Below are positions 17,647-28,379 of a DNA stretch of 47,039 nt, one piece after another; position 1 is the stretch's first letter; every line of letters starts with the position of its first letter. The DNA comes from Bdellovibrionota bacterium (GTDB taxonomy: Bacteria > Bdellovibrionota_C > UBA2361 > OMII01), in NCBI GenBank assembly GCA_044345405.1, contig JBIJBE010000027.1, positions 1 to 47,039 of the forward strand, read 5' to 3'. A program made the position numbers and the translations under genes. The notes below the pieces were generated by a model. The model ran no database searches and was not told where the DNA came from. It worked only from the letters and a program-made list of their open reading frames with translations.

Positions 17647-19047
17647 TTACTTACCACCCAACGCGCCAGAGAGTGAGCTCTGCTGCTGTTGAAGACGGGA
17701 CATGAGTCCCTCAAGTCGGGCGTATCGCTCTTTGAGACCATCCGCCATTCGCTGAATCTGCTTCTCCGCGTCTGAGATGCGTCTATTGAGGTCGGTGATG
17801 AGGCTCTTATTGTTGTTAATCGAGATGTCGAGGAGTCCGCTGTACCGCGTATACCTATCGACGGTTCCACCGGTCAGCGCCACACTATCGGCGAAGGTCT
17901 GAATGATACTGTTGACGCTTCCGGGCTCAGAGGAAAGAGCCTGCTGAAGCTTTGTCGTATCGAACTTGATCGTTCCATCTCGCTCAGTCGTTATGCCGAG
18001 GTCGGAGAACACTCGAATGAGGGAGCCGCCGGTCGCGGTTGTCGAGGATATTTGGGCGCGAAGGGCTTGAAGCGCTGAGTCGTCCGTTCTCGTCGCCGCG
18101 AGAGGGGCGAAGATGTTCCTCACCTCAGACCCGGACTCCTCTCTGATCACTTGGTTATTTTCGTTGATGAACTTCACCACGTCGTTGAAGGCGGTGACGA
18201 AGTCCTGCATCTTCGCTGTCGTCGTCGCCGCGTCCTCGGCGATCTTGACGGTGGCCGTGCCAGCTGAAGCGAGGTTGAGCGTCACACCGGGAATAACGTC
18301 AGAGACGGAGTTGGTACTTCGAGTAATGGTACCGATACCGCTAATCGAAAGTGATGCGTTACTCGCCGCTGATTCAGAGTACGCGCTTAGGTTGGTTAAG
18401 GAAGCGCCGAGCGCGGTCCTCGCGATCGTGCCTTTTTCGGTACCCTCGTAGCTACCGGAGATAACCACCTTGTATGATGGACTGGTCTCCGTTCCTATGT
18501 TTACGAGCGAGGCTTCGGCTTTTGTCGCGGCGGCGTTAAAGTCAGACACGAACTGACTGATGGTATAGGATCCATTGGTAACTACAACGCTCACCGTTTC
18601 TTGGTAGGTGCCTGTACCAACCGTAAAGGTAACCGTCCGAGCGACGGTCGATTCCGCTCCGGTTAGCGTGCTCTGAAGTGGGCTCGTGCTCGAGGAGTAC
18701 GTTTGATTGAAGCTGTAGGTATGGTTCTTCGCTAAGTTATTGACGGTCACATCGTAGCTACCGTTTGTAGCGGCGTTGGACGCCGTAGCTCCCACTACCG
18801 ACTCCTTACTACTTGAGCCGGTCTTACTTACACCGCCGCCCGAGAGCGACGTGAACTGCTGCAGAGTGGTGCGTAGGGCGTCGAGCTTTTGTCCTAAGTT
18901 CTCGAGAGCGGTGTTCGTTTCCTCAAGCTCTCCTACCTTGGTCTGATTGGGCGTAACGCGAGCAAGACGCGCCGACGCGATCGAGGAGTCGATGATCGCT
19001 TGAGAGTCGATACCGGACGCGATACCAGAGAAGCTTAGTGCTGCCAT
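17647..19047 (-). CDS. fliD: Flagellar filament cap protein (HAP2)
   Basis: N-terminal SFSGIASGIDSQAIID, GSYDVTVNNLAK, TNSVSDVIPGVTLNL, FVTAFNDVV, SDLGITTERDGTIKFD, and a C-terminal coiled coil ERYARLEGLMSRLQQQQSSL. Confidence 0.92.
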   Translation of the reverse strand: MAALSFSGIASGIDSQAIIDSSIASARLARVTPNQTKVGELEETNTALENLGQKLDALRTTLQQFTSLSGGGVSKTGSSSKESVVGATASNAATNGSYDVTVNNLAKNHTYSFNQTYSSSTSPLQSTLTGAESTVARTVTFTVGTGTYQETVSVVVTNGSYTISQFVSDFNAAATKAEASLVNIGTETSPSYKVVISGSYEGTEKGTIARTALGASLTNLSAYSESAASNASLSISGIGTITRSTNSVSDVIPGVTLNLASAGTATVKIAEDAATTTAKMQDFVTAFNDVVKFINENNQVIREESGSEVRNIFAPLAATRTDDSALQALRAQISSTTATGGSLIRVFSDLGITTERDGTIKFDTTKLQQALSSEPGSVNSIIQTFADSVALTGGTVDRYTRYSGLLDISINNNKSLITDLNRRISDAEKQIQRMADGLKERYARLEGLMSRLQQQQSSLSGALGGK

Positions 19048-19145
19048 GCCGTTCCTCTAAGGAAAACTCCTTCCTGAGCGACCATCCGTGGAACAACACC
19101 CTTACACGCTAGTATGGCGGAAAATCCTGCCGCCTGGGTGCTTAT

Positions 19146-20435
19146 TTACCGCCGTCGTTGGCGGCTTTTTGCCCTTTTTTGAGGGGAAACAACCCCTTGC
19201 AACCAAGAATGCAAGAAGGGATCCAGGTGAGGACAGAGGTCCGAGACCGTGAGGGCTCCCTGCTTGCGCCCTTGCTTGAGGGAATGAGCGATGAGCCGCG
19301 CCAACCCTGGATTGTTGGACCAGACATCAGGGCATACAGACCCATCAAGAGAGACCTGCGAGGCGCCGAGGCCTCTGGCGATGAGGGTGGCGACTATCGA
19401 ATAGACCGCTCTGGGTGAGAGATGCCCTTGAAGGATACGCGCCATTCGAGAGATATGAGTTCCAGGCCCTTGAAGCGCCAACCTCATCGAAGGAACCACC
19501 TCACGTAACGCGCCGGAGTTAACCCAAGCTGTTAGCTTTCGAGCCGTAGGAACCGAGAGCTGCGCGCCCCTCATGATGTTCAGAAACTCCGGTACGGAAA
19601 ACGCGGCGCAAAAGTGATGGAGCGCTCCGAACACGTTCATCGCGTCTCGCTCGTCATCCGAGCTGGCGTTCATCACACACTCCACAAGCGCCATCTCAAG
19701 GGGGGAGCACTCGTCAGCGAAGTCATGCCATTTGTGACGGACGGTATTTTCACGCGCGGAAGATGTCATCCGAGGTGCTTCAGTGGGCCGAGTGGAGCGA
19801 GGCGCCGGGGACGAGCGTTTCTCCTCCAAAAGATCTAATCGACGGGCCGCGCCCTCAAGGGCTTGCGCCAAAGAACGCATCCGCGCACTCGTCATCGACC
19901 GCTTCTTCGCGAGGACGCCGAGATCAAGGGCTAAAAACTGCCGAACAGTGAGGGATTCCTCGAAGGGCGCGCGGGGCGTATCAGCGCCCCAAAAGGTGCC
20001 GAGGGTTAGATCAGCGACACGATCGAGTTCGGGGTGTGCTTTCAGGTGCGCCACCTGATCTCGCAGCTCCAACTCACACTGCACACTATTGAAAGTTGTC
20101 TCACTTGATTCTTCGGCAGGAGCCTCCTCGCTCTCTTCAAAGGCATCGAAGGCTGGATCCGCGGCTTCAGCCACCTCCCCCTCCGCGAGAGCGTGCAGCA
20201 CCGCGATAAGGAGCCGCTCTTGAGCGTCGTCGAGAGTATGGAGGTGAGAGGAGTGCTCATCACCAGCGGCGATGAGCTCTTCAAAGGTCATCTCAGCGAG
20301 GGGACCAAGGGAGGATGCGTCATCTCCGAGCAAGGGGCCAACCTGGATCGATTTTAGAAAGCCAAATCGAGGAGAGGCGGCGAAATCCTTGAGAGCGCTC
20401 TGGAGCTCCGTCCGTTCCTGTTTGTGAGTCGCCAT
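19146..20435 (-). CDS. Hypothetical protein with possible degenerate RNA polymerase alpha-CTD-like repeats
   Basis: 430-codon ORF with an RBS before ATG 20435. LTVRQFLALDLGVLAKKRSMTSARMRSLAQALE resembles the alpha-CTD pattern. Confidence 0.7.
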   Translation of the reverse strand: MATHKQERTELQSALKDFAASPRFGFLKSIQVGPLLGDDASSLGPLAEMTFEELIAAGDEHSSHLHTLDDAQERLLIAVLHALAEGEVAEAADPAFDAFEESEEAPAEESSETTFNSVQCELELRDQVAHLKAHPELDRVADLTLGTFWGADTPRAPFEESLTVRQFLALDLGVLAKKRSMTSARMRSLAQALEGAARRLDLLEEKRSSPAPRSTRPTEAPRMTSSARENTVRHKWHDFADECSPLEMALVECVMNASSDDERDAMNVFGALHHFCAAFSVPEFLNIMRGAQLSVPTARKLTAWVNSGALREVVPSMRLALQGPGTHISRMARILQGHLSPRAVYSIVATLIARGLGASQVSLDGSVCPDVWSNNPGLARLIAHSLKQGRKQGALTVSDLCPHLDPFLHSWLQGVVSPQKRAKSRQRRR

Positions 20436-20581
20436 CCCGATTTCCTCCCCTCTGCCGCGCAAACGCGCACGGCCCCTCGCTTCGTTAGATGCGAGGACGG
20501 AGTTCTAGGAATCGTGGGAGCGGCAGCCTAGAGAACCCCGGTCTCAAGACTTCGTTCGGATAAAAAGGACCTAAGTACCCG

Positions 20582-22855
20582 CTATACCGCCTCTTCTCGC
20601 TCCATCTCGAAGGTGAGCGCCTGGTCCTTCAGGCCAATACGGACAACTCCCCCCTCTTTAAGGGCGCCAAACAGAATCTCATCCGCAAGCTTATTCTTGA
20701 GCTCACGCTGAATGAGTCGCGCCATTGGACGGGCCCCGAAAACTGGATCGAACCCCTTGGAGGCGAACCACTCACACGCCGCGTCTGAGACGTTTAAGGT
20801 AACCTTACGAGTCGTGAGCTGTCCCTCAAGCTCCTTCACGAACTTGTGGACGACCTGCAGGATGACCGCTGGTGGGAGCGGGCTAAAGAATACCGTCTCA
20901 TCGAGTCGGTTTCTAAATTCAGGCTTAAAGAGACTCTTAATCGCGGTTTCTCGGAAGGTATTTTGTTGAGAGCTTCCGAACCCAAGCGACGCGGCCTTCT
21001 CAGAGCCAGCGTTCGTAGTGAAGATCACTACTACATTTCTAAAGTCAGCTTTGCGTCCCTGTGAATCCGTTATCGCCGCGTTGTCCATGATCTGGAGAAA
21101 CACGTTGAAGATATCCGGATGAGCTTTTTCGATCTCGTCGAAGAGAATCACCGAGTATGGATGCTTCTTCACAACATCCACGAGAAGGCCTCCCTCCTCA
21201 TAGCCGACGTAGCCTGGAGGAGCCCCAGTGAACCGAGACACGAGATGCTTGTCGCTGAACTCACTCATATCGAATCGATGGAAGTTCACCCCCATCTCCT
21301 TCGCGAGCGCTTTCGCCATCTCGGTTTTTCCGACACCTGTTGGACCCGCGAAAAGAAAACTTCCGATCGGCTTCGCCTCGCTTTGGAGGCTCGCTCTGCT
21401 CCGCTTGATAGCTCGAGTAACCGCTTCCACCGCGGCGTCCTGGCCGAACACGACTTTTTTAAGATTCTTCTCTAGGTTGCGGAGCAACTTCTCATCCGAG
21501 ACGCTCACACTGGTAATCGGAACACGAGCGATCGACGCGACGACCTTCTCGACCTGGTCCTCAGCTATCGTCTTTTTACGTTTCGTCTTTGGAAGCAGCG
21601 CGTTCGCGGCGCCCGCCTCGTCGATCACATCGATCGCCTTATCAGGCAGGAACCGGTCGTTGATGTACTTCGCTGAGAGATCGGCGGCGGCGCGAAGCGC
21701 CTCTGGTGTAAAGGTCGCTTGATGGAAGCTCTCGAACTTCGACTTGAGCCCCTCTAGGATCTTCACCGTCTCCTCCACCGTTGGCTCGGGGAGATCCACC
21801 GTTGAGAATCTTCTGCTGAGCGCCGAATCCTTCTCGATATTCTTTTTGAAATCAGAGTGGGTTGTGCTTCCCATGCATCGAATTTCGCCGGAAGCCAACG
21901 CCGGCTTCAAGAGGTTCGCGGCATCTAAGGACCCGTTTCCGGTCGCTCCAGCTCCCACAATCGTGTGTATCTCGTCGATAAAAAGGATGGCCTTCGGGCG
22001 ATTCTTCAACTCATCGAGCACGCGCCGAATGCGCTCCTCAAACTCACCCCGGAATTTCGTGCCGGCCACCATCGCTCCCATGTTGAGGAGAAAGACATCG
22101 GCTCCCTCAAGTTGAGGAGGAACATCATCACTCGCGATACGTTGCGCGATCGCGTGGGCCATCGCCGTCTTACCGACACCGGGCTCACCAATAAAGAGTG
22201 GGTTATTCTTCTGGCGGCGACACAAGATCTTAATCGCGCGGTTTATCTCCTCCTCGCGACCGATTACGGGATCAAGTTTGCCGAGGCGCGCCTTCTCGGT
22301 CAGATTCTCGGAAAATTGATCCAGCGCTGAGCGTCCTGGACGCGCCGAGATAGATTCGTCCTCACCTTCCTCTCCCCTATCAGAGAGGATCTCCTCATCA
22401 GAGCTTGAGCTCTTTGAGATACCGTGCGCGATAAAATTGAGGACATCGAGACGGCCGATCCCCTGTTTCGCGAGATAGAACACCGCGTGGGAATCCTCCT
22501 CGGAGAAGAGTGCCACAAGAACCTCAGTTGGCGTAATAACATCCTTCTGCGTCGCTCGAACGTGCATAATAGCGCGCTGCAAAACTCGCTGAACCGCTGG
22601 GGTTTGCGCGGGCTCGACCGCTGGGACCTTTGAGCCTCGAATGGGGATGACCTCAACGTGTTTATCGAAGAAGCTCTCAAGGTCCTTTCGAAGTAGTGAG
22701 AGATCCGCGCCACAGTGATTAAGAATCTCCATGACCTGCTCATCGAACGAGAGGGCGTAAAGAAGGTGCTCCAAACAGAAGAACGCGTGTCGCCGGGATG
22801 ACGCCTCCCTAAACGCGGCTTCTAATGTAAGACCAAGCTCCGTGCTAAACATCAT
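20582..22855 (-). CDS. clpA: ATP-dependent Clp protease ATP-binding subunit ClpA
   Basis: Clp N-domain, two AAA+ modules (GEPGVGKT/FIDEIH and GPTGVGKT/FDEIEKAHPD), GAPPGYVG, LGF ClpP-docking loop; coupled to clpS. Confidence 0.96.
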   Translation of the reverse strand: MMFSTELGLTLEAAFREASSRRHAFFCLEHLLYALSFDEQVMEILNHCGADLSLLRKDLESFFDKHVEVIPIRGSKVPAVEPAQTPAVQRVLQRAIMHVRATQKDVITPTEVLVALFSEEDSHAVFYLAKQGIGRLDVLNFIAHGISKSSSSDEEILSDRGEEGEDESISARPGRSALDQFSENLTEKARLGKLDPVIGREEEINRAIKILCRRQKNNPLFIGEPGVGKTAMAHAIAQRIASDDVPPQLEGADVFLLNMGAMVAGTKFRGEFEERIRRVLDELKNRPKAILFIDEIHTIVGAGATGNGSLDAANLLKPALASGEIRCMGSTTHSDFKKNIEKDSALSRRFSTVDLPEPTVEETVKILEGLKSKFESFHQATFTPEALRAAADLSAKYINDRFLPDKAIDVIDEAGAANALLPKTKRKKTIAEDQVEKVVASIARVPITSVSVSDEKLLRNLEKNLKKVVFGQDAAVEAVTRAIKRSRASLQSEAKPIGSFLFAGPTGVGKTEMAKALAKEMGVNFHRFDMSEFSDKHLVSRFTGAPPGYVGYEEGGLLVDVVKKHPYSVILFDEIEKAHPDIFNVFLQIMDNAAITDSQGRKADFRNVVVIFTTNAGSEKAASLGFGSSQQNTFRETAIKSLFKPEFRNRLDETVFFSPLPPAVILQVVHKFVKELEGQLTTRKVTLNVSDAACEWFASKGFDPVFGARPMARLIQRELKNKLADEILFGALKEGGVVRIGLKDQALTFEMEREEAV

Positions 22856-23166
22856 TCCTCCTCTAACACACAGCGAAGCGGAAACCCCTCGTTCTTTGCT
22901 TGCTGGTGAACGATTTCGATCTTAGCCTCCGCAATCTGTTTCGTGAAGATTCCCGCGACACCCCTACCAGACTTATGAACGTGCAACATGATCTGTACCG
23001 CCTCAGAGGGGCTCTTCATGAAAACCGTTTCAAGGATGTGAACCACGAACTCCATCGATGTGAAATCGTCGTTGAGAATAACAACTTTGTAGAGCTTGGG
23101 TGCCTTCGTGCGCACGTCCTCAGCGACGGCGGTATCTGATGCATGATCTGTACGGGGCTTAGCCAT
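22852..23166 (-). CDS. clpS: Clp protease adaptor ClpS
   Basis: YKVVILNDDFTSMEFVV, IMLHVHKSGRGVAG, FPLRC. Confidence 0.96.
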   Translation of the reverse strand: MAKPRTDHASDTAVAEDVRTKAPKLYKVVILNDDFTSMEFVVHILETVFMKSPSEAVQIMLHVHKSGRGVAGIFTKQIAEAKIEIVHQQAKNEGFPLRCVLEEE

Positions 23167-23438
23167 TGAATCGAGAAATGTAAGTTAGAGGCCTATCTCT
23201 AGTGTCGACAGATTTGATATCGCGCACAACCGAAAACACTCCTCTTATCGAGGGGAACAGAGGCCTTATCTCTTCTCACCGAGGTTCTCCGGTATCTTGG
23301 AGACCCAAGCCCTTGGTAGGAGGCCTGCGAGTCCCGGCTCAGGCTATAGGACCGTCCGAAAATCAAACAATGACACCGTTTTGGGCGTAGGGGTGCCAAG
23401 GCGTAACCCCCGGTGATTGCGGCAGATATGCGGGAACC

Positions 23439-23609
23439 CACGTGAACGTGCTCGTGCTCGTGAACGTGAACGTGAACGTCTACGACAACGGAGGCCGATG
23501 ACCACGCTTAGGTGAAATGCGGCGGCTCTGCTTTAGCGTATTTGTCCAAATTCAGCGTTTTGGGGGAAAGCGGTACGTTCACGTTTACGCGCATGTGCAC
23601 GTTCACGTG
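23439..23609. repeat. Inverted hexamer arrays (CGTGAA/CGTGCT)n ... (TTCACG)n enclosing an ~80-bp spacer
   Basis: About eight hexamers at 23441-23488; mirror arm at 23571-23609; outer 13 bp CACGTGAACGTGC/GCACGTTCACGTG are perfectly complementary. Confidence 0.85.
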
Positions 23610-23679
23610 CGGACCAAGAAGTAACTGCTCACGGGGCGTCCGAATCATAGCAGGTAGACGAATAGTTCAGCTTGGTTAA

Positions 23680-24414
<735 letters not shown>

Positions 24415-24436
24415 GCTCGCTGCAAACGCTGATTAG

Positions 24437-24484
24437 CTCACGGCGGCCGTCCCTCCTCACGGAGGGGGCCGCCGTGAGAGTTTT
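24437..24484 (+). terminator. Probable intrinsic terminator after the aquaporin gene
   Basis: CTCACGGCGGCC ... GGCCGCCGTGAG 12-bp stem followed by AGTTTT. Confidence 0.65.
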
Positions 24485-24611
24485 AGCCAACTGTCTCCGG
24501 TCCAAACCCACCGAGACAACACAAACAGGTTGTAGTAAGTACTAAGCTTTTATCGTCGGCGTATGACCAGGCGCTTATCGTCCCCGCCGAATTTCCCATG
24601 AGGAGCTTACG

Positions 24612-25244
24612 ATGGTTATCAAACGGTTCCCCCCAGTTGAGAGCGCGGATGAGCATGGGCTCATCGCGATCGGGGGAGACCTGCAGCCTGAGTCCGTCAT
24701 CCTCGCCTACCAAAGTGGGATTTTTCCGTGGCCTCTAGATGAGGACTCTCTCGCCTGGTTCGCGCCGCCCGAACGTGCCGTCATATTCCTCGATGAGTTC
24801 CATATATCACGGCGACTGCGGCGTACCATCTCGCGAGATATCTTCACAACCAAGCGGGATGGTGATTTTGGCAAGGTGATCCTTCGATGCGCGGAGCTGG
24901 AAAATCGGGGGGATCAGGAAGGCACCTGGATAACCCACGAGATAATCAACGCCTACACGAAGCTGCACACCATGGGTTATACCCATTCATTCGAGAGTTA
25001 TCACGAAGGCGAGCTCGTTGGGGGATTGTACGGGATTCAGATCGGGAGATTCTTCGCGGCTGAATCGAGTTTCTTTAGGATGCCCGATGCCTCAAAGGTC
25101 GCGATGTGCGCGATGGTTGAGTATCTCCGAAGTCAGAATATCTCGTGGTTTGATTGTCAGGTTCTGACTCCGTTCTCGGAGGGTTTTGGAGCCCGCGAGA
25201 TCTCACGTAGTGACTACATGAGACTTCTCGCGAGCGTCCTATAA
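24612..25244 (+). CDS. aat: Leucyl/phenylalanyl-tRNA--protein transferase
   Basis: GLIAIGGDL, AYQSGIFPW, GTWIT, HSFE...LVGGLYG...FAAES.F...DASKVA, DCQV. Confidence 0.95.
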   Translation: MVIKRFPPVESADEHGLIAIGGDLQPESVILAYQSGIFPWPLDEDSLAWFAPPERAVIFLDEFHISRRLRRTISRDIFTTKRDGDFGKVILRCAELENRGDQEGTWITHEIINAYTKLHTMGYTHSFESYHEGELVGGLYGIQIGRFFAAESSFFRMPDASKVAMCAMVEYLRSQNISWFDCQVLTPFSEGFGAREISRSDYMRLLASVL

Positions 25245-25260
25245 AACCGGACAACGGAAA

Positions 25261-25683
25261 TTACTGAACTCCACCCCATTCCTTCGTTGAGAGGTAGGTC
25301 CTCACCAAATCGAGGAGCTCTCCGGTCTGATAGGGCTTCGTAAAAGCCGGTATCGGTTGTAGAAAGCTTCGCACCTTCGCGAGGTCACTATCCATCAAGG
25401 CTGTAAGCGCCACGACGGGAGTTTCGGGGTAGACCCACGAGAGCTCATGCGCTGTCTTCACTCCGACCTCAAAGGAGGTCTTGAATTCTTCAGCTTTGGG
25501 ACCGCGTATGAAGGGCATATGCAGGTCACACATTATGAGGTCAGGTGGCTCTATTGAACGTAAGAGTCTAAAGGCGGAGTCCGGACAATCTGACTCGAAA
25601 ACTTCGAGCCCTTCGCGTTCAAGGATACAGCGAACTGAATCGAGGTAATCTTGATTATCATCAATGAGTAGTACTGTTTTCAT
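25261..25683 (-). CDS. Single-domain response regulator (CheY-like receiver)
   Basis: VLLIDD, PDLIMCDLHMP, VVALTA, TKP; extended loop after the phospho-acceptor Asp. Confidence 0.88.
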   Translation of the reverse strand: MKTVLLIDDNQDYLDSVRCILEREGLEVFESDCPDSAFRLLRSIEPPDLIMCDLHMPFIRGPKAEEFKTSFEVGVKTAHELSWVYPETPVVALTALMDSDLAKVRSFLQPIPAFTKPYQTGELLDLVRTYLSTKEWGGVQ

Positions 25684-25899
25684 GGCGTCCTTGCCTTGGG
25701 GAGCTCAACAACGCCCCTCGTTAGAGTGGTTATTCCTTGCCACTTCGACCGCAACTGCCACCGCTACTACTGCCGGTAGTATATAGTTCGGCAGGGTCAT
25801 TTCTTTTCTTAAGGGGAAAACAAGAGCTTTGAAATTCAACGAGTTAATGGGCTCGCTGTACGTCCTACAGCAGATATTTTTTGTCATAATGAAAACGGT

Positions 25900-26190
25900 G
25901 ACTTCAACCTCCAAACACGCAAAGACCGGCGGCGGTTTGGCCTACTCTGGGGTCCTAGTCCAAACTGACGTGCCATCTCTGAGCCGTGAAGGTCGAAGGA
26001 AAAGCTCTACTGAGTTCCTCTCCTATCTTCTCCGCGCGCTTCTTTCCGTGAGAGATAACAAACCTACACATCCACTCGGTGTAGCTCTTGTCAGTAGCTT
26101 ACCCACGATGTCGGAGTCGAATTCGCTTCCTTACGAGGTCTGGAAAGTAGGACGGCGTTTCGGGCAGTGCCTTGCCCGATGTATCGACGA
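25900..26190 (-). pseudogene. Degraded N-terminal domain of an integron-type integrase (IntI-like)
   Basis: The minus strand reads YFPDLVRKRIRLRHRG*ATDKSYTEWMCRFVISHGKR and, after a frameshift, AEKIGEELSRAF..TAQRWHVS. This matches the IntI pattern LLDQVR..IRLRHYS.RTE..Y..WI.RFI.FHGKRHP.EMG..E..AFL.HLA..R.VS. In-frame TAA at 26101-26099. Confidence 0.75.
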
Positions 26191-26395
26191 CGACTGGGGC
26201 TAATTTCGTGCGCTAGAACCCCGAATCCAGCGATCTACCCTATGGTGTTTACCACTGTGATATAGCCTTGCCGCGAGGAAGCCGTGTCAATCGCATTGAA
26301 GACCTTTAGACGAATTGCAACCAAAAGCCCCGGCTCTCACGAGGAACGCACCGAATTGGCTTGCGGTTGTCGGTTCCGGCAAGTACTCATAGCCC

Positions 26396-27703
26396 ATGCT
26401 CAGTCGATGGCGCAAATTACCTGTGGTCTTGGTTGACCTACTCCTCTTGTTCGCGTTCCTCTGGTTCTTCCGAATAGACCTAGTGGCTCTCGGCACTGTC
26501 GGAGTAGGAGTTCTTGGGGTTGATAGTGACCAATACCTGTCCTACGTGGGCACTCTCCTAAATCGGCACATCTCTTACGATTCCCCGGTGAGTGAATTTA
26601 CCGAGGCAACCTTAACTCGAACGCCTGGCTATCCTCTGTTTTTAGTTCCGGTAGTCCTTGCGAGCGATATACTTGGTTCGTTCAATCAGTGGCTGGTCAT
26701 CTCGCACGCGGCAGCGTGGTGCTTCGCCGCGATAGTTTTTACTCGAACCGTTGGTCGTGCGCTGGGAGAACGAGCAAGTTTCTTAGTATTCCTTCTTGCC
26801 TGCCTTGTGGTGCGGCCTTTTGCGTTTCAGCTGATGTCAGATTGGCTGGCGGTTATGGTTGCCGCGATAACGTGTTGCCTTTTTTGGTTATTCATTCGAA
26901 CAAAAAAGTCTCTCTGGCTTCTCCTTTCCATATTTTCCGCGTCATGCGCCGTGCTGATACGGCCTGATTACCTCGTTTTGGTCGCTCTAGTGCTCGTAGG
27001 GGCGGTTGTCGTCGCCTGGCGCTCTCCCGCTGCCCAGAGAGGCACGATGCTCTGGGCAGGGCTTGGGGTCATACCTAGTTTAGCTCCTCTCGCTTTTTTG
27101 CTGATAACAAATTGGGAGCGGCACAAACAACTGACTTTGATTCCGCGAGAGGGCCACGTGTACGAGCTTGTTTCCGTTCTCGGGCCCGAGCCTCGCCTAG
27201 ACCTCAGCTTACCCGGAAGGGCGCTCCTTGAGGCTCGTCAAGGACTGCCCAAACAAGCGACAAACCGTGAGATTCTGGAAACGATCACCTTAGAGCCACA
27301 CGCTCTTAACGCCGTGGCCCTAGGAAATTTGGCGCTGATGGAAAGCGCGCATACACGTAGTCATATTTCGTGGATTGAAGCCAACGCCACGCTCGCTGAA
27401 ATCTCCGCGATCTACATACGAACGTATCCCTGGCGATATATCTTCGCGGTCCTCTGTGGAATATCCTCGTTGGTATGGGGACTCCCGGCGTATATAGCGA
27501 TCTGGAGAAGTTACGCGATTAACCCGGGAGGCCTGCCCGCATTTGGCATACTCACGGCATCTTTCCAGGTACTTCACGTGTGCGGTGTCGCGACGGTCCA
27601 TATAATGCACGCGCGGTATTATTTACCGGGGGCCTGCCTCCTTTTGTTAGGCGCTCTTGTCTGCGTCTTTTCCATGATCGGGCCGAGCAAAGAAAATGAG
27701 TAG
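26396..27703 (+). CDS. Polytopic membrane protein, probable GT-C glycosyltransferase
   Basis: DSDQY, RTPGYPLFL, LMSD, VLIRP, HARYYLP; many TM segments. Confidence 0.7.
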   Translation: MLSRWRKLPVVLVDLLLLFAFLWFFRIDLVALGTVGVGVLGVDSDQYLSYVGTLLNRHISYDSPVSEFTEATLTRTPGYPLFLVPVVLASDILGSFNQWLVISHAAAWCFAAIVFTRTVGRALGERASFLVFLLACLVVRPFAFQLMSDWLAVMVAAITCCLFWLFIRTKKSLWLLLSIFSASCAVLIRPDYLVLVALVLVGAVVVAWRSPAAQRGTMLWAGLGVIPSLAPLAFLLITNWERHKQLTLIPREGHVYELVSVLGPEPRLDLSLPGRALLEARQGLPKQATNREILETITLEPHALNAVALGNLALMESAHTRSHISWIEANATLAEISAIYIRTYPWRYIFAVLCGISSLVWGLPAYIAIWRSYAINPGGLPAFGILTASFQVLHVCGVATVHIMHARYYLPGACLLLLGALVCVFSMIGPSKENE

Positions 27704-27884
27704 CGTGGCCCGTCCCTTCTATCCCCGAGCTTGATTCCCAACACCGGCCAACGCCGACGCGCGTGTATAATGGATAGGCAACCAGCTGGCTTTTTCGTAA
27801 GCAGCTGATCCGCTGCAACTGGTCGAATCACGAACTCTCCACAATGACTAAGTGAGGCGTGGAAAGCGTTATCAATAGCCGCAC

Positions 27885-28187
27885 TAGCTGGGCCCATGCT
27901 CTCTCGAATCGCGTCGAACACCACCTTAGACTGTTCGTCTTAGCGTCCTTCCCGCGACTCCAGTTTTTTAGCCAAAGTCCGGAGATTCACAATCAGTTTT
28001 CGTAGTCGGACAAAAGTTCGCGTAATTTCAACAGGAGCTTGAATCGCTCTATGGCCATTAAGAACGCCAGAGAGAACGGCGACCCCGGCTCAGAGAACAC
28101 AAAAGGGGGCGTTCGACCCTTTTGCCCGCGACTTGAGTAGATGAGCCCTTCAATACCTCGTACGTGGGTTGGCTCAGAATGAGGCAT
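27885..28187 (-). pseudogene. ORF6N-domain DNA-binding protein pseudogene
   Basis: MPHSEPTHVRGIEGLIYSSRGQK [deletion] GRTPPFVFSEPG [frameshift] VAVLSGVLNGHRAIQAPVEITRTFVRLRKLIVNLRTLAKKLESREGR*DEQSKVVFDAIRE matches the IRGQKV...PYAFTEQGVAMLSSVLNS.RAI.VNI.IMRAFVRLR...KYD.QFKVVFDAIR pattern. TAA at 27942-27940. Confidence 0.85.
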
Positions 28188-28379
28188 CAAGGTTCCCTCG
28201 AACGCATGTATCCAAGAAGGTAGAGATACGCTTCCTGGATACGCAACAAAGACGAGGAGGATATGGGGCAAACGTTCTCGATGATTTACCTATCGGAGAT
28301 CGGTGGCGCGCTGGTCTCGTAAACGTTATCCGGTCTCGAGTAAAAGCGGCGGGTTCAATACCCGAGGACACTCCGCCCG

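Noticed and set aside
25829-26203. 124-aa plus-strand ORF
   Set aside because: It is the antisense shadow of the intI relic and has no recognisable features.
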